From an uncultured Eubacteriales bacterium (GTDB lineage Bacteria; Bacillota; Clostridia; Christensenellales; UBA1242), in assembly GCA_949001935.1 (NCBI GenBank), contig CARJLX010000004.1, positions 23,023 through 87,022 of the forward strand: DNA of 64,000 nt, in the 5' to 3' direction. Below the pieces are notes generated by a model. The model made no database searches, was not told the DNA's origin, and saw only the letters and a list, made by a program, of their open reading frames with translations. Within the stretch, counting starts at the first letter, position 1; every line of letters starts with the position of its first letter. A program made the translations under genes and the position numbers. This document shows positions 28,504-38,175 of the stretch, one piece after another.

Positions 28504-30564
28504 ATGGACAAGAAAGAATTAGAACATTTGAGTAGAACCTTACAAGGTTTAGACAATACTTCAAACGAGTTAGCTCAAAAAATTCAAAAAAATAAACAAA
28601 CTGTTGAAAAAGATAGAACTTATATTGCAGATAATTATTATGAACTTTCTAAAGGTGATAATCTAATTCGCTATTATACAGAACTTAGCGAACTTGATGA
28701 TACTTTAACTAATCAAGAAAAAGAATTTTCAAAACTGCGAAAACAGCGACAAACTCCATATTTTGCACGCTTTGATTTTACTCCTGATGGACAAACAGAA
28801 GCCGAAAAGATTTATCTTGGACTTGCTACCATTGTCGACAAAGATGAAATTTATGTATATGACTGGCGTGCTCCTATTTCCTCTATGTATTACGACTTTG
28901 GGCTTGGTAGGGGTTTTTATTATGTTGACCGCAAGGCAACGGCTGGCGAAATAACCTTAAAACGCCAATATAAAATCGAAAACGGAGTCTTAAAATCTTA
29001 TTTCGATACCAACCTTGCAATTGAAGACGAAATTTTACGTGACATTTTAAGCAAAAACACCTCTGTCAAAATGAAACAAATTGTTTCAACTATACAAAAA
29101 GAACAAAACAAAATCGTTCGTAGCGAAGAATATGATCATCTTCTTGTTCAAGGCGTGGCAGGTTCTGGAAAAACTTCAATTGCCCTCCACCGTGCTGCTT
29201 ACTTACTTTATAGACACAGAAAAACTTTAAAGAGTGAAGATATTCTTATCATCTCGCCTAATAATATTTTTTCAAGTTATATAAGTGATGTTTTACCAGA
29301 GCTTGGTGAGGACAACTTAGTTGAAACCACTTTTGCACAAATTGCATCTGCAGAGCTTAAAAAACCAATGCAAACACGAGAAGAAATGCTAGACGAAATT
29401 GCTACAAACCCTAAGCAAGAAACCTTGAATGAAATATCTTTTAAATCTAGTTTTGAATATTTAGATGAACTTCTTAACTTCTTAAACGGCGACCTTGCAG
29501 ACACCTTCACTCCTCAAACTTTAAGATTTGTGACTAAAATTGATGATGAAGGCAATATCTTAGAAAAGATTGAATTTCCTGAAGAACAAACAAGAAAGCT
29601 TTTCTTTGATACATTTAAAACTTATTCTATATTCGATCGAATTAACAAAATAGCTTGGCAATACGCAATGGTGTTCACAACTCAACGACATTATAATAAA
29701 GACCAAAATCGAGGCCTTAAAGCCCGTTTTACCAAAATCCTATATAATTTTCTACCTATCAATGATGTTGATAAAATATTTGAAATCTTTTTAACCCGAA
29801 TGGGCTTAAGAATAAATAAAAAAGATAGAGTACTTTATATGGACAAAGGCGCAATGCTGCTCATAAAACATTTCTTATATGGATTTAATCATGATTTCTC
29901 GGCAAAATACCTTATTATAGATGAATGTCAAGACTTCACACCTGTTGACCTTTATATGTTCAAAAAACTTTGGCCTTGTCCAAGTATTCTCCTAGGCGAT
30001 ATAAATCAATGTATAGAGAAATGCCTTCCAGAGGATTATAACTCACGCGTTGCCAAACTTTGGGGGAGCGAATATGTTGAACTTAGCAAAACATATCGTT
30101 CAACCAAGCAAATTGCTCAGTTTGCTCATAACATGCTTGGCTTAAAAAATATTGAATATGTAAATCGTGATGGTCAAGAGCCAAAAATTATTAAATCTAG
30201 TGTTAAAAACATACAAAACGATATTGCTGACCTTATAGATAAAGAATGTGCTGAATTTGAACATGTTGCTATCATATGCAAATGCAAACAAGAAGCAAAA
30301 ACTCTAGCAAAACTACTTAAAGGAAAGATTAATTTCAAATATATCGAAAATCCAGAAGATTATAATAATAAAGTTCTTTTAACTACTTGTGCCACAGCTA
30401 AAGGCATTGAGTTTGACGCAGTTATAATCCCTTATGCTAACAAAGAAAACTACAAAAACAATCTTGATAAAAACATAATGTATGTTTCATCAACAAGAGC
30501 TTTGCATAAATTATTCTTTATTGCAACCGAAGAGCCTAGCGAGTTCTTAAGAAATCTTAAATAA
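28504..30564 (+). CDS. helD: HelD-like (helicase IV) UvrD/Rep superfamily 1 helicase
   Basis: RQTPYFARFDF...IYLGL...VYDWRAPISSMYYD, Walker A VQGVAGSGKTSIALHRAAYL, IIDECQDF. SD AAGGAGG precedes ATG 28504. Confidence 0.75.
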   Translation: MDKKELEHLSRTLQGLDNTSNELAQKIQKNKQTVEKDRTYIADNYYELSKGDNLIRYYTELSELDDTLTNQEKEFSKLRKQRQTPYFARFDFTPDGQTEAEKIYLGLATIVDKDEIYVYDWRAPISSMYYDFGLGRGFYYVDRKATAGEITLKRQYKIENGVLKSYFDTNLAIEDEILRDILSKNTSVKMKQIVSTIQKEQNKIVRSEEYDHLLVQGVAGSGKTSIALHRAAYLLYRHRKTLKSEDILIISPNNIFSSYISDVLPELGEDNLVETTFAQIASAELKKPMQTREEMLDEIATNPKQETLNEISFKSSFEYLDELLNFLNGDLADTFTPQTLRFVTKIDDEGNILEKIEFPEEQTRKLFFDTFKTYSIFDRINKIAWQYAMVFTTQRHYNKDQNRGLKARFTKILYNFLPINDVDKIFEIFLTRMGLRINKKDRVLYMDKGAMLLIKHFLYGFNHDFSAKYLIIDECQDFTPVDLYMFKKLWPCPSILLGDINQCIEKCLPEDYNSRVAKLWGSEYVELSKTYRSTKQIAQFAHNMLGLKNIEYVNRDGQEPKIIKSSVKNIQNDIADLIDKECAEFEHVAIICKCKQEAKTLAKLLKGKINFKYIENPEDYNNKVLLTTCATAKGIEFDAVIIPYANKENYKNNLDKNIMYVSSTRALHKLFFIATEEPSEFLRNLK

Positions 30565-30741
30565 TATCACTTTTTTAAAAAACAAATAATTATGCATAAA
30601 CCAAGGTAATTTTATAGTTATTTATGCATAAAATATTACACGCAAAAATCAAAGCAATTTTGTCAAGCAAAATGAGGTAATTTTTTACCACAATATATGG
30701 GACTAAAAGTTATGATTTAAGACAATTTTTGCAAAAATTCA

Positions 30742-30867
30742 TGTGGAAATGTGGATAACTACCAAAAAAACACCCTATTTAGGGTTAATATTCAACAAAA
30801 TGTATAAAAATTAGCACAAATGTATAAATATTTACTTGTGGAAATGTGGATAACTGTTTGTGGTAAA
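30742..30867 (+). promoter_or_regulatory. DnaA-box cluster
   Basis: Two perfect boxes TGTGGATAA (complement of TTATCCACA) at 30750-30758 and 30845-30853. Each is preceded by the overlapping TGTGGAAAT, forming an identical 19-mer TGTGGAAATGTGGATAACT 95 bp apart. A further TGTGGTAAA lies at 30859-30867. Confidence 0.6.
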
Positions 30868-30905
30868 CTTTTATTAAATTATCCTAAAAAACTTATACAA
30901 AACGC

Positions 30906-30934
30906 TTGACTTTTATCTTAAAAAGCATTAAAAT
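30906..30934 (+). promoter_or_regulatory. hisS promoter
   Basis: TTGACT, a 17-nt spacer, then TAAAAT. Confidence 0.55.
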
Positions 30935-30993
30935 ATGCGTCAATTTTATTGGACAGGCTTACATTTATAAATTATTAATTCAAAGGAGAGATT

Positions 30994-32319
30994 ATGTCAA
31001 ACAACAACCTTATAACACCGCGAAAATTGTCAGGTTTTATGGAATTGCCTCCATATAAACAAATTATCTTTGACAATATGGTTGGCAAAATAATAAATGT
31101 ATATAAAAACAATTGCTTTATGCCTCTCAACACCCCTATTCTTGAATATACAGATATTCTTATGGCAAAAAGCGGTGGCGAGATAGACAAAGAAGTTTAT
31201 CACTTTTCAAAAGGCGATAACGACCTTTGTATGCGTTATGACCTTACAGTTCCACTTGCTAGATTTGTTGCCATGAATACAGATACAATTTCTTTTCCTT
31301 TTAAGCGTTATCAAGTTGGCAAGGTTTTCCGTGGCGAAAGACCTCAAAAAGGTCGTTTCCGCGAGTTTATCCAATGCGATGCAGATATTATTGGTATTGA
31401 TAGCCTTCCAATCACTGCCGATGCTGAATGTATCAATCTTATACATGAAACCTTTGAGGCTTTAAACTTAGATATTTTAATAAGCATTTCAAATAGAAAC
31501 ATCTTGTTTGGTTATATTGATTCTCTTGGCTACAAAGATAAAACACAGAACGTCTTAACAATATTAGACAAACTTCCTAAGATAGGAAAAGAAAACGCGT
31601 TTAAAGAGCTTGAGAGCCTTGAAATAGATAGAGAGGATTGTGACAGGCTTATCAAACTTTCTGCCCTTAAAGGCGACTTTAAAGACATTATAGAAGAAAT
31701 TAAAGGTCTTAGCGATAACATTCTTTTTCAACAAGGAGTTAATGACCTGTTAACACTATCAAATAACCTTGAAGCTTACAATATTCCAAAAGATAAATAT
31801 ATTTTAAACTTAGGTATAATTCGCGGACAAAACTATTATACTGGCACAATATTTGAAACCCTTCTTCCAAGCCATCCAGAGTTTGGAACAATATGCGCAG
31901 GCGGACGCTACGATAATCTTGCAGGTTATTTTACAGATAAAAAATTGCCAGGCGTTGGAATGAGCATTGGATTTACAAGACTATTTGACTTGCTAGATAA
32001 TAATGAAATGCTAGGGAATTTCCCCCTCTCTCCAGCACAACTTGAAATTATCCCTCTTGGCGACACCTTAGATAAGTGTCTAGAACTTTCTACCTTCTTC
32101 CGAAAAAACAAAATTCGTTGTGAAGTCAATTATGATAATCGTTCATTTAAAGCCAAGTTGAAAGACGCCAATAAGAAAGATATACCATTTGTTATGGTTG
32201 TTGGGGAAAACGAAGTTTTATCTCAAATTTATACGCTTAAAAATATGTTTGAAGGCGTACAGGAAAATTTGAATCTTGAAAACTGCCTCGAAAGAATACA
32301 AAAATTTTTAAAAAAATAA
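30994..32319 (+). CDS. hisS: Histidine--tRNA ligase (class II)
   Basis: Motif 2 region (FKRYQVGKVFRGERPQKGRFREFIQCDADIIG), GGRYDNL, and a C-terminal anticodon-binding domain (IPFVMVVGENE). Confidence 0.85.
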   Translation: MSNNNLITPRKLSGFMELPPYKQIIFDNMVGKIINVYKNNCFMPLNTPILEYTDILMAKSGGEIDKEVYHFSKGDNDLCMRYDLTVPLARFVAMNTDTISFPFKRYQVGKVFRGERPQKGRFREFIQCDADIIGIDSLPITADAECINLIHETFEALNLDILISISNRNILFGYIDSLGYKDKTQNVLTILDKLPKIGKENAFKELESLEIDREDCDRLIKLSALKGDFKDIIEEIKGLSDNILFQQGVNDLLTLSNNLEAYNIPKDKYILNLGIIRGQNYYTGTIFETLLPSHPEFGTICAGGRYDNLAGYFTDKKLPGVGMSIGFTRLFDLLDNNEMLGNFPLSPAQLEIIPLGDTLDKCLELSTFFRKNKIRCEVNYDNRSFKAKLKDANKKDIPFVMVVGENEVLSQIYTLKNMFEGVQENLNLENCLERIQKFLKK

Positions 32320-32346
32320 AAACGGAAATAATTTTCCGTTTTTATT
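32317..32346. terminator. Bidirectional terminator
   Basis: AAAAACGGAAATAATTTTCCGTTTTT. Confidence 0.75.
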
Positions 32347-32355
32347 TTTATGTAT

Positions 32356-32679
32356 CTATTTTAAATCTTCCAATTTGCACCCACTCTTTGGCAAACTCAC
32401 TGTATATTCTTTTCGAAAAACAACTCCTTCCGCAATCAATAATTCTTTTTGTCTATCTCTCCCTCCAAAAGCATCATCCTCTGCAAGATCTCCATACTTA
32501 TTAACTACTCTATGACAAGGGATAAGAGTTGGTTGCTGATTCGATCGCAAAGCCCAACCTATTTGCATAGAAAGACGATCCCCACCCAGCAAAGCAGAAA
32601 TTTGTCCATAAGTAGCAACTTTCCCTTTAGGAATTTTTTTTACAATAATATAAACTTTTTGAAAGAAACTTTGCTCCAT
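32356..32679 (-). CDS. MGMT-family DNA-binding-domain protein (single domain, active-site Cys retained)
   Basis: 107 aa. VPKGKVATYGQISALLG and the PCHRVV motif. Confidence 0.8.
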   Translation of the reverse strand: MEQSFFQKVYIIVKKIPKGKVATYGQISALLGGDRLSMQIGWALRSNQQPTLIPCHRVVNKYGDLAEDDAFGGRDRQKELLIAEGVVFRKEYTVSLPKSGCKLEDLK

Positions 32680-32923
32680 TTTCTACTCCTTTATTGAAAA
32701 TAATATATCACTTTTGTACAAAAAACACAAATAATCGACACAAAAAATACAAAAATCCACCAAAAAAGATAAAAACATGCATTATTCGACAATTTTCTTA
32801 TAGGGGATTGTGTCGAATTTTGAAAAATAATGGCAAAATTGATACTATTTTATACAAAATTATTTTCTATAAATTAACAATATTTTTGTTTGAAAAAATT
32901 GAATAAAGTTATATAATATTTTT

Positions 32924-33763
32924 ATGAAATGTTTTGACTGTCCTAGAAATTGCGGTGTTGATAAAGAGTTGAATAAAGGCTTTTGTCGAGAAAGCAACAA
33001 AATTCGCATAGCAAAAATAATTCCAAATTTTATGTGGGAAGAGCCATGCCTAACAGGCAAGAAAGGGGCTCTTGCTATATTTTTTTCTGGTTGCAATTTA
33101 AGATGCAAGTTTTGCCAAAATTATGAGATCTCTCATATTGGCAAAGGCAATGAGTACACACCTCAAGAATTTAAAGATTTATTAAACTCCTTTAACCTTA
33201 GAGATTTTTCATGCATTGATCTTATCACCCCAACGCACTTTTCTAGCCTCCTTCATGATGCTTTAAAAGGCTTCCAACCCCCTATCCCTATTGTTTGGAA
33301 TTCTAGCGGGTATGAAAAGCTTGAAACAATAAACAAAGTTGCAAGTTTTGTAGATATATTTCTTGTTGATTTTAAATATTTTGATTGCCAACTTTCTAAA
33401 AATCTTTCGTGCGCCGATGACTATTTTAAATATACCTCTGCCTGCATAAAACACATCTCAAATTTAAAAGCCAACAAATTTAAAGGCGATTTAATGGTAG
33501 AAGGCATGATAATTCGCCATTTAGTTTTACCAAATAATTACAAAGATAGTTTAAAAATTCTAGACTTTATAAAAGACAATGTAAACAATCCTATTATTGC
33601 AATTATGAGTCAATTCACCCCAACAAAAGAAAGCCCAATTAAAAACAAATTAACCCCTATAGAATTCAAAATTGTTTTATCTCATGCAAGAAAAATTGGG
33701 CTTGACAAAGGTTATTTCCAAGATTTATCAAGTTCTTCAACAGAATTTATACCAAAATTTTAG
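32924..33763 (+). CDS. Radical SAM protein, PflX-like (pyruvate formate-lyase activase homologue)
   Basis: N-terminal CFDCPRNCGVDK...GFC plus the CxxxCxxC cluster SGCNLRCKFCQNYEIS. Confidence 0.75.
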   Translation: MKCFDCPRNCGVDKELNKGFCRESNKIRIAKIIPNFMWEEPCLTGKKGALAIFFSGCNLRCKFCQNYEISHIGKGNEYTPQEFKDLLNSFNLRDFSCIDLITPTHFSSLLHDALKGFQPPIPIVWNSSGYEKLETINKVASFVDIFLVDFKYFDCQLSKNLSCADDYFKYTSACIKHISNLKANKFKGDLMVEGMIIRHLVLPNNYKDSLKILDFIKDNVNNPIIAIMSQFTPTKESPIKNKLTPIEFKIVLSHARKIGLDKGYFQDLSSSSTEFIPKF

Positions 33764-33806
33764 TCAAACATTTGACTTTTTTGTTTGAGACTGATATTCT
33801 TTTTAT

Positions 33807-34145
33807 ATGATTAAGACAAATTCACAACAAAATATAAGAGTTCAATACAAAAAATATTTAAAAACAAGGTTAAACACTATTCGTTATACCAGTCTTTTTG
33901 TTTCTTTGATGATTTTAGGACTACTTGCAATTCAACAGTTTAAATTACTAGACAGTATTTGGAACTGCGTTTCAATTCTTTATAGTTGTGGCATACTTTT
34001 CACATTGTTTGCTCAATATCAAGATATTAAATTAAGAAAAGGATTTGCAAGGTTTTCTAGAGTAATCGCAAGCCTTCTCTATCTTTGCACACTCACCCTT
34101 TTAATTTTAATCGTTTTGGACAAATTCTTTATTATTGTATTATAA
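33807..34145 (+). CDS. Small membrane protein, 112 aa
   Basis: ORF track; three hydrophobic segments and a terminator follows. Confidence 0.45.
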   Translation: MIKTNSQQNIRVQYKKYLKTRLNTIRYTSLFVSLMILGLLAIQQFKLLDSIWNCVSILYSCGILFTLFAQYQDIKLRKGFARFSRVIASLLYLCTLTLLILIVLDKFFIIVL

Positions 34146-34172
34146 AAAACAACCTATTAAAGGTTGTTTTTT
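34144..34172. terminator. Bidirectional terminator at the point where plus-strand and minus-strand gene blocks converge
   Basis: AAAAAACAACCTATTAAAGGTTGTTTTTT. Confidence 0.75.
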
Positions 34173-34509
34173 AATTTAAAACTATAATTGTAATTCCAGG
34201 ATTAACTTTATTTAAATCTTCATCGGTGATACTTTTGTCTTTATTTAATAAATATAATGTCTTTTTATTAAATACATCCCAACTTTCCCCACCAAAATAG
34301 TCGTAAATTTTACCCTGTTTTTTATATTGTCTTAACATTTTTCTAAGTTCTACCAAAATTGCACCACCCCTGCCATGCGAACCATAGCCATGCAAGACCT
34401 TAATTGCCGATACCCCCTCTCGCCACGCATTTTCTATCGCTATTTGAACTGACGCAATCGCAATATCCACAGTTGGTGAAAACTCTTTAAGGTTAACAAC
34501 TTTTAACAT
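34171..34509 (-). CDS. Smr-domain protein
   Basis: An A...A...EGVSAIKVLHGYGSHGRGGAI pattern typical of Smr domains. It overlaps the gltX stop by 7 nt. Confidence 0.55.
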   Translation of the reverse strand: MLKVVNLKEFSPTVDIAIASVQIAIENAWREGVSAIKVLHGYGSHGRGGAILVELRKMLRQYKKQGKIYDYFGGESWDVFNKKTLYLLNKDKSITDEDLNKVNPGITIIVLN

Positions 34510-36143
34510 TCTCCCGCCTCTTTAAGACGATTTAAAACCTCTTGCTCGCCCAAAATAGTCATAAGTTCATATAAATCTGGGCTATCTTTTCTTCCCGTTA
34601 AAGCTAAACGAATATACTCACATACCTTAGCAGTATTGCCTTTATAGCCCTCTGGATTTGCCTTATAAAGTTTATTGTCAACAGCGTAGCCAAGTCTTTC
34701 CGCCACCTCTTTAACACCCACAAACCAAGTATCTTTATCTTCTGGCAAAACAAAGTTTTTACTATATTCATTTAAAAATTCTTTATAGTTCTCTTTATTC
34801 TCAATCTCATCAACAAGTTCAGGTTTATTAAACATATATGAATAAAGTCCTTCAATCATACTCCATTTATATATATCTTTTCTAGGCTTAGCACCGCCAC
34901 GACCAATTCCACAAACTTTGAGTGCCAATTCTTTTTTATCTTTAAGAGTATCGGCAAGCGTTAGATTAAATTCTTCCGCCCAAGACAGCCAATTAGCATA
35001 AACTTCTTCTGCTGACATCTTAGCAACAATATTCTTCCCAACATCATCAAGTTTAACAAAATCAAAAAGTGGTGACCCTGCGGTGATATCTGTAATTCCA
35101 AACTTAAATTCGCTATAATGAGCTTCAGGATTTTTAGCTCGCCATGGTTCAAAGCCAGAATTGATAAGATTTAATAAATATTCAACAACAGCATAAATAG
35201 GATAACCTTGTTCAGCAAAATATTGCATATTACTTTCAGGGTCTTTACGCTTGGAAAGTTTTCTCTTATTTCCATTTTTATCAATCTTGCAAATAACTGG
35301 TGTATGGCAATATTTTACAGGCTTAAAACCTAGAGCATTAAAAATATCTAAATGCGAAGGGGTTGAACTAAACCATTCTTCACCACGCACTACAATTGTT
35401 GTCCCCATTAAAGTATCATCAATTGCATGAGCAAAAGCATATGGAGGAATTCCGTCATCTTTAATCAAAATCACATCTCGAGCATTCTCTGGAAGTTCCA
35501 CATCTCCCTTAATTATATCAAAAAATTTTATGCGTTTACTTCCATCATTAGGCGTTTTTAGGCGTATTGCAAATTTTTCACCATTTTGAACACGCTTTAT
35601 AGCTTCTTCTATTGGCATATCTCTACATGGGTCAAAAAATGCATTACTACTACTTTCGCTGTATCGTTCTTCTCTATCCTTTAAAATATCTTCCAGCCCT
35701 TCCGTTTTCTTACAAAAGCATGGAAAAGCCTTACCTTGAGCTACAAGATATTTTGCAAAAGCATGGTATATCTCAAGCCTTTTACTTTGAATATATGGGC
35801 CATACTCCCCAACAGTTTCACGCCCTAAAATTTGATATTCATCAGGTTTTTGTTGAAAGCGCTCTAGAATATCAAAAATAATTTCCATTGCACCTTCAAC
35901 TTCGCGTTTTTTATCAGTATCTTCGTTTCTAAGATAAAAAACACCATTGCTATTTTTTGCCAAAGCACGATCGATTAAAACTTGGAAAAATCCACCAATA
36001 TGCATATAGCCTGTAGGGCTAGGAGCAAAGCGTGTCACCTCTGCCCCTCCCTCAAGTTTGCGTGGTGGATATTTTTTAAAGATATCTTCGACCGAAATTT
36101 TTACATTTGGATAAAGCACATTTGCCAAATCTTGATAGGTCAT
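34503..36143 (-). CDS. gltX: Glutamate--tRNA ligase
   Basis: RFAPSPTGYMHIGG (HIGH region) and KLSKRK (KMSKS). Confidence 0.9.
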   Translation of the reverse strand: MTYQDLANVLYPNVKISVEDIFKKYPPRKLEGGAEVTRFAPSPTGYMHIGGFFQVLIDRALAKNSNGVFYLRNEDTDKKREVEGAMEIIFDILERFQQKPDEYQILGRETVGEYGPYIQSKRLEIYHAFAKYLVAQGKAFPCFCKKTEGLEDILKDREERYSESSSNAFFDPCRDMPIEEAIKRVQNGEKFAIRLKTPNDGSKRIKFFDIIKGDVELPENARDVILIKDDGIPPYAFAHAIDDTLMGTTIVVRGEEWFSSTPSHLDIFNALGFKPVKYCHTPVICKIDKNGNKRKLSKRKDPESNMQYFAEQGYPIYAVVEYLLNLINSGFEPWRAKNPEAHYSEFKFGITDITAGSPLFDFVKLDDVGKNIVAKMSAEEVYANWLSWAEEFNLTLADTLKDKKELALKVCGIGRGGAKPRKDIYKWSMIEGLYSYMFNKPELVDEIENKENYKEFLNEYSKNFVLPEDKDTWFVGVKEVAERLGYAVDNKLYKANPEGYKGNTAKVCEYIRLALTGRKDSPDLYELMTILGEQEVLNRLKEAGEC

Positions 36144-36152
36144 AACAATCTC

Positions 36153-37256
36153 CTATTTTGTCATAATTTGATTTAAATAGGCAATATATTCACTGGAATA
36201 CACTGTGAAATAATTACCTATTTCTTTATAATAATTTTCTGCAAAAGTTTCATTTTCTATATAAGCTTTCATATTGCAAGAATAATTTACATAATATTTA
36301 TTTAAACTAAATTTTTCAAAAGACTTGTTTAACATAATTCTTTCATTATCTAAAGCTTCAAGCGTTTTGAAAAGGTTATTTACGCTTGTATTTACATACT
36401 TAATAACAACTGGTTTATCTTCGCCCACATTTTCCTCAATAGCCTTTCCTGTTAATACATTAAGCTGATTGTCTTGCTTAGCTAATAAATTATAAACATT
36501 TACTAATCCAAATTTAACATTATATATCAAGGTTGTAAATTCTTGCACCTTTTCATCTCCTGCTAAAGAAGAATAGTCTTCCATATCAAGATTCACGATA
36601 AGGCAATTAAAATAATCGTAGCCCAATTGCAAAAGAAAATAGTCACGAAGAGCTATTGTATCATTTTCATTTAAAGCTCTATTAGTTTCACTTAAAGAAA
36701 GATAATCATTGAAAACTTCATGTTTAACTTTTGCCAAGTTTAAAGCCACTTGATATGTTGATTTGAATAAGTTGAACAAGGTACGATTATAAACCTCAAG
36801 CATTCCTTCTATAACAACTGGTGCTGTCCCAACATTTCTTAAGGCGTCATACTCCCTCGCACTAACCCTATAAGCTTCAACCCAAGCGGGCAAAGAATTT
36901 GTTAAATTATTAATTACACTCTGTTTTTCACCAGATATATTCTCTAAATCTTTAATTCTTTCAAGGTCGCTCATATAATTTTGAATAAAATTCATAGGAA
37001 GTGCTAAAATTTGATTATAATAATTATATTTTGCATTATTTTTATAATACGACAACACATAATCACTATGCACTTGATTAATATTAGACGTTGTAAACAT
37101 GTTGTAATTTTTATCTTCTTTATTAATCGTTTCCAAGGCACTTGAAAGTGAGTCAAATTTTTGCAAATTATTTCCACCATCTCCACATGCCACCATTGTT
37201 ATAGCGGAAACTAAAACTACTAAGCAAGTTAAAATTCCTGTTAAAATTTTTTTCAT
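36153..37256 (-). CDS. Lipoprotein, 367 aa, unknown function
   Basis: MKKILTGILTCLVVLVSAITMVAC lipobox. The rest is N/Y/L-rich and looks helical. Confidence 0.7.
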   Translation of the reverse strand: MKKILTGILTCLVVLVSAITMVACGDGGNNLQKFDSLSSALETINKEDKNYNMFTTSNINQVHSDYVLSYYKNNAKYNYYNQILALPMNFIQNYMSDLERIKDLENISGEKQSVINNLTNSLPAWVEAYRVSAREYDALRNVGTAPVVIEGMLEVYNRTLFNLFKSTYQVALNLAKVKHEVFNDYLSLSETNRALNENDTIALRDYFLLQLGYDYFNCLIVNLDMEDYSSLAGDEKVQEFTTLIYNVKFGLVNVYNLLAKQDNQLNVLTGKAIEENVGEDKPVVIKYVNTSVNNLFKTLEALDNERIMLNKSFEKFSLNKYYVNYSCNMKAYIENETFAENYYKEIGNYFTVYSSEYIAYLNQIMTK

Positions 37257-38164
37257 ATTGTTAGCCCTCCTTGTAAGAAGGTTTTTGTTTTTTCAAGAAC
37301 GCCCTTACTGTCACTACCCTCAAACGCAAAACCATCTTCATTAATACTTTCTATAACATTAACAAGATTTTTGTCTTCACCATAAACTTTTGAGAATGTT
37401 GATATAAGAGCAAAATCTTCTTGTAAAATTTCGCTAAAATTATATTTAATCAAAACTCTATTGTCTTTTGTATTTAAATAGACTCTAAACTTATCTAGAT
37501 ATTGTATTTTATAAGTTGCTTTCTCAAAATCCTTATTGATAACATTTAAATAATTATCAATGTTATCGAGAACTAAATTTGTAAGCTCATTTGCTAAAAT
37601 TCCATTTGGAACACAGTCCTTATAAATTTCGCAAAGACTGTTTATAACAACAACATAACTATTAAGATAATTTAAGTAATAGCCTTTAAATTCCTTCCAA
37701 TAACTTTCAAAGAAGGTGTTGTCTTGATTGCCCAGTTCTTGAATTACCTTAACAATAACATCTTCCATTTTCTTTTGTTCAGCATTAGCAACATCATAAT
37801 TTTTCATAATCAAACCATAATTTGCTTGGAAAGTTGATTTATCTTGAGAAAAAACAATATACTCATTGTAAAAGTCCATAATATCATTTATTGCCAATGT
37901 TAAAGCATAAACATCACGCGTTTCTTGACCATACTCTTTATTGATAGCCTCAATACTAGTGATTTTAGTTTGGAAATCTTTATACATCTTTTTATTTTTA
38001 TCTTTCTTTAAAAACATTGTTTCAACTTGAGTATTTGTTCTCTCAATTGCATTGTTAACATTCTTTGGTAGAAAGACTATTATAAGTGTGACAGCGATTG
38101 CCACTAAAATGACAACACTTAAAACAATAATCCACTTTTTGCCTTTAACTTTTTCTCCGCTCAT
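37253..38164 (-). CDS. N-terminally anchored protein, 303 aa, unknown function
   Basis: A single TM (WIIVLSVVILVAIAVTLIIVFL). Its stop overlaps the next start by 4 nt (ATGA). Confidence 0.65.
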   Translation of the reverse strand: MSGEKVKGKKWIIVLSVVILVAIAVTLIIVFLPKNVNNAIERTNTQVETMFLKKDKNKKMYKDFQTKITSIEAINKEYGQETRDVYALTLAINDIMDFYNEYIVFSQDKSTFQANYGLIMKNYDVANAEQKKMEDVIVKVIQELGNQDNTFFESYWKEFKGYYLNYLNSYVVVINSLCEIYKDCVPNGILANELTNLVLDNIDNYLNVINKDFEKATYKIQYLDKFRVYLNTKDNRVLIKYNFSEILQEDFALISTFSKVYGEDKNLVNVIESINEDGFAFEGSDSKGVLEKTKTFLQGGLTI

Positions 38165-38175
38165 TTCCCCTCCTT

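Noticed and set aside
32694-33108. Track ORFs 32694-32906 (+) and 32860-33108 (-) around the radical SAM gene start
   Set aside because: They are AT-rich, low-complexity Lys/Ile/Phe-rich translations with no SD. The second is antisense to the well-supported radical SAM 5' end.
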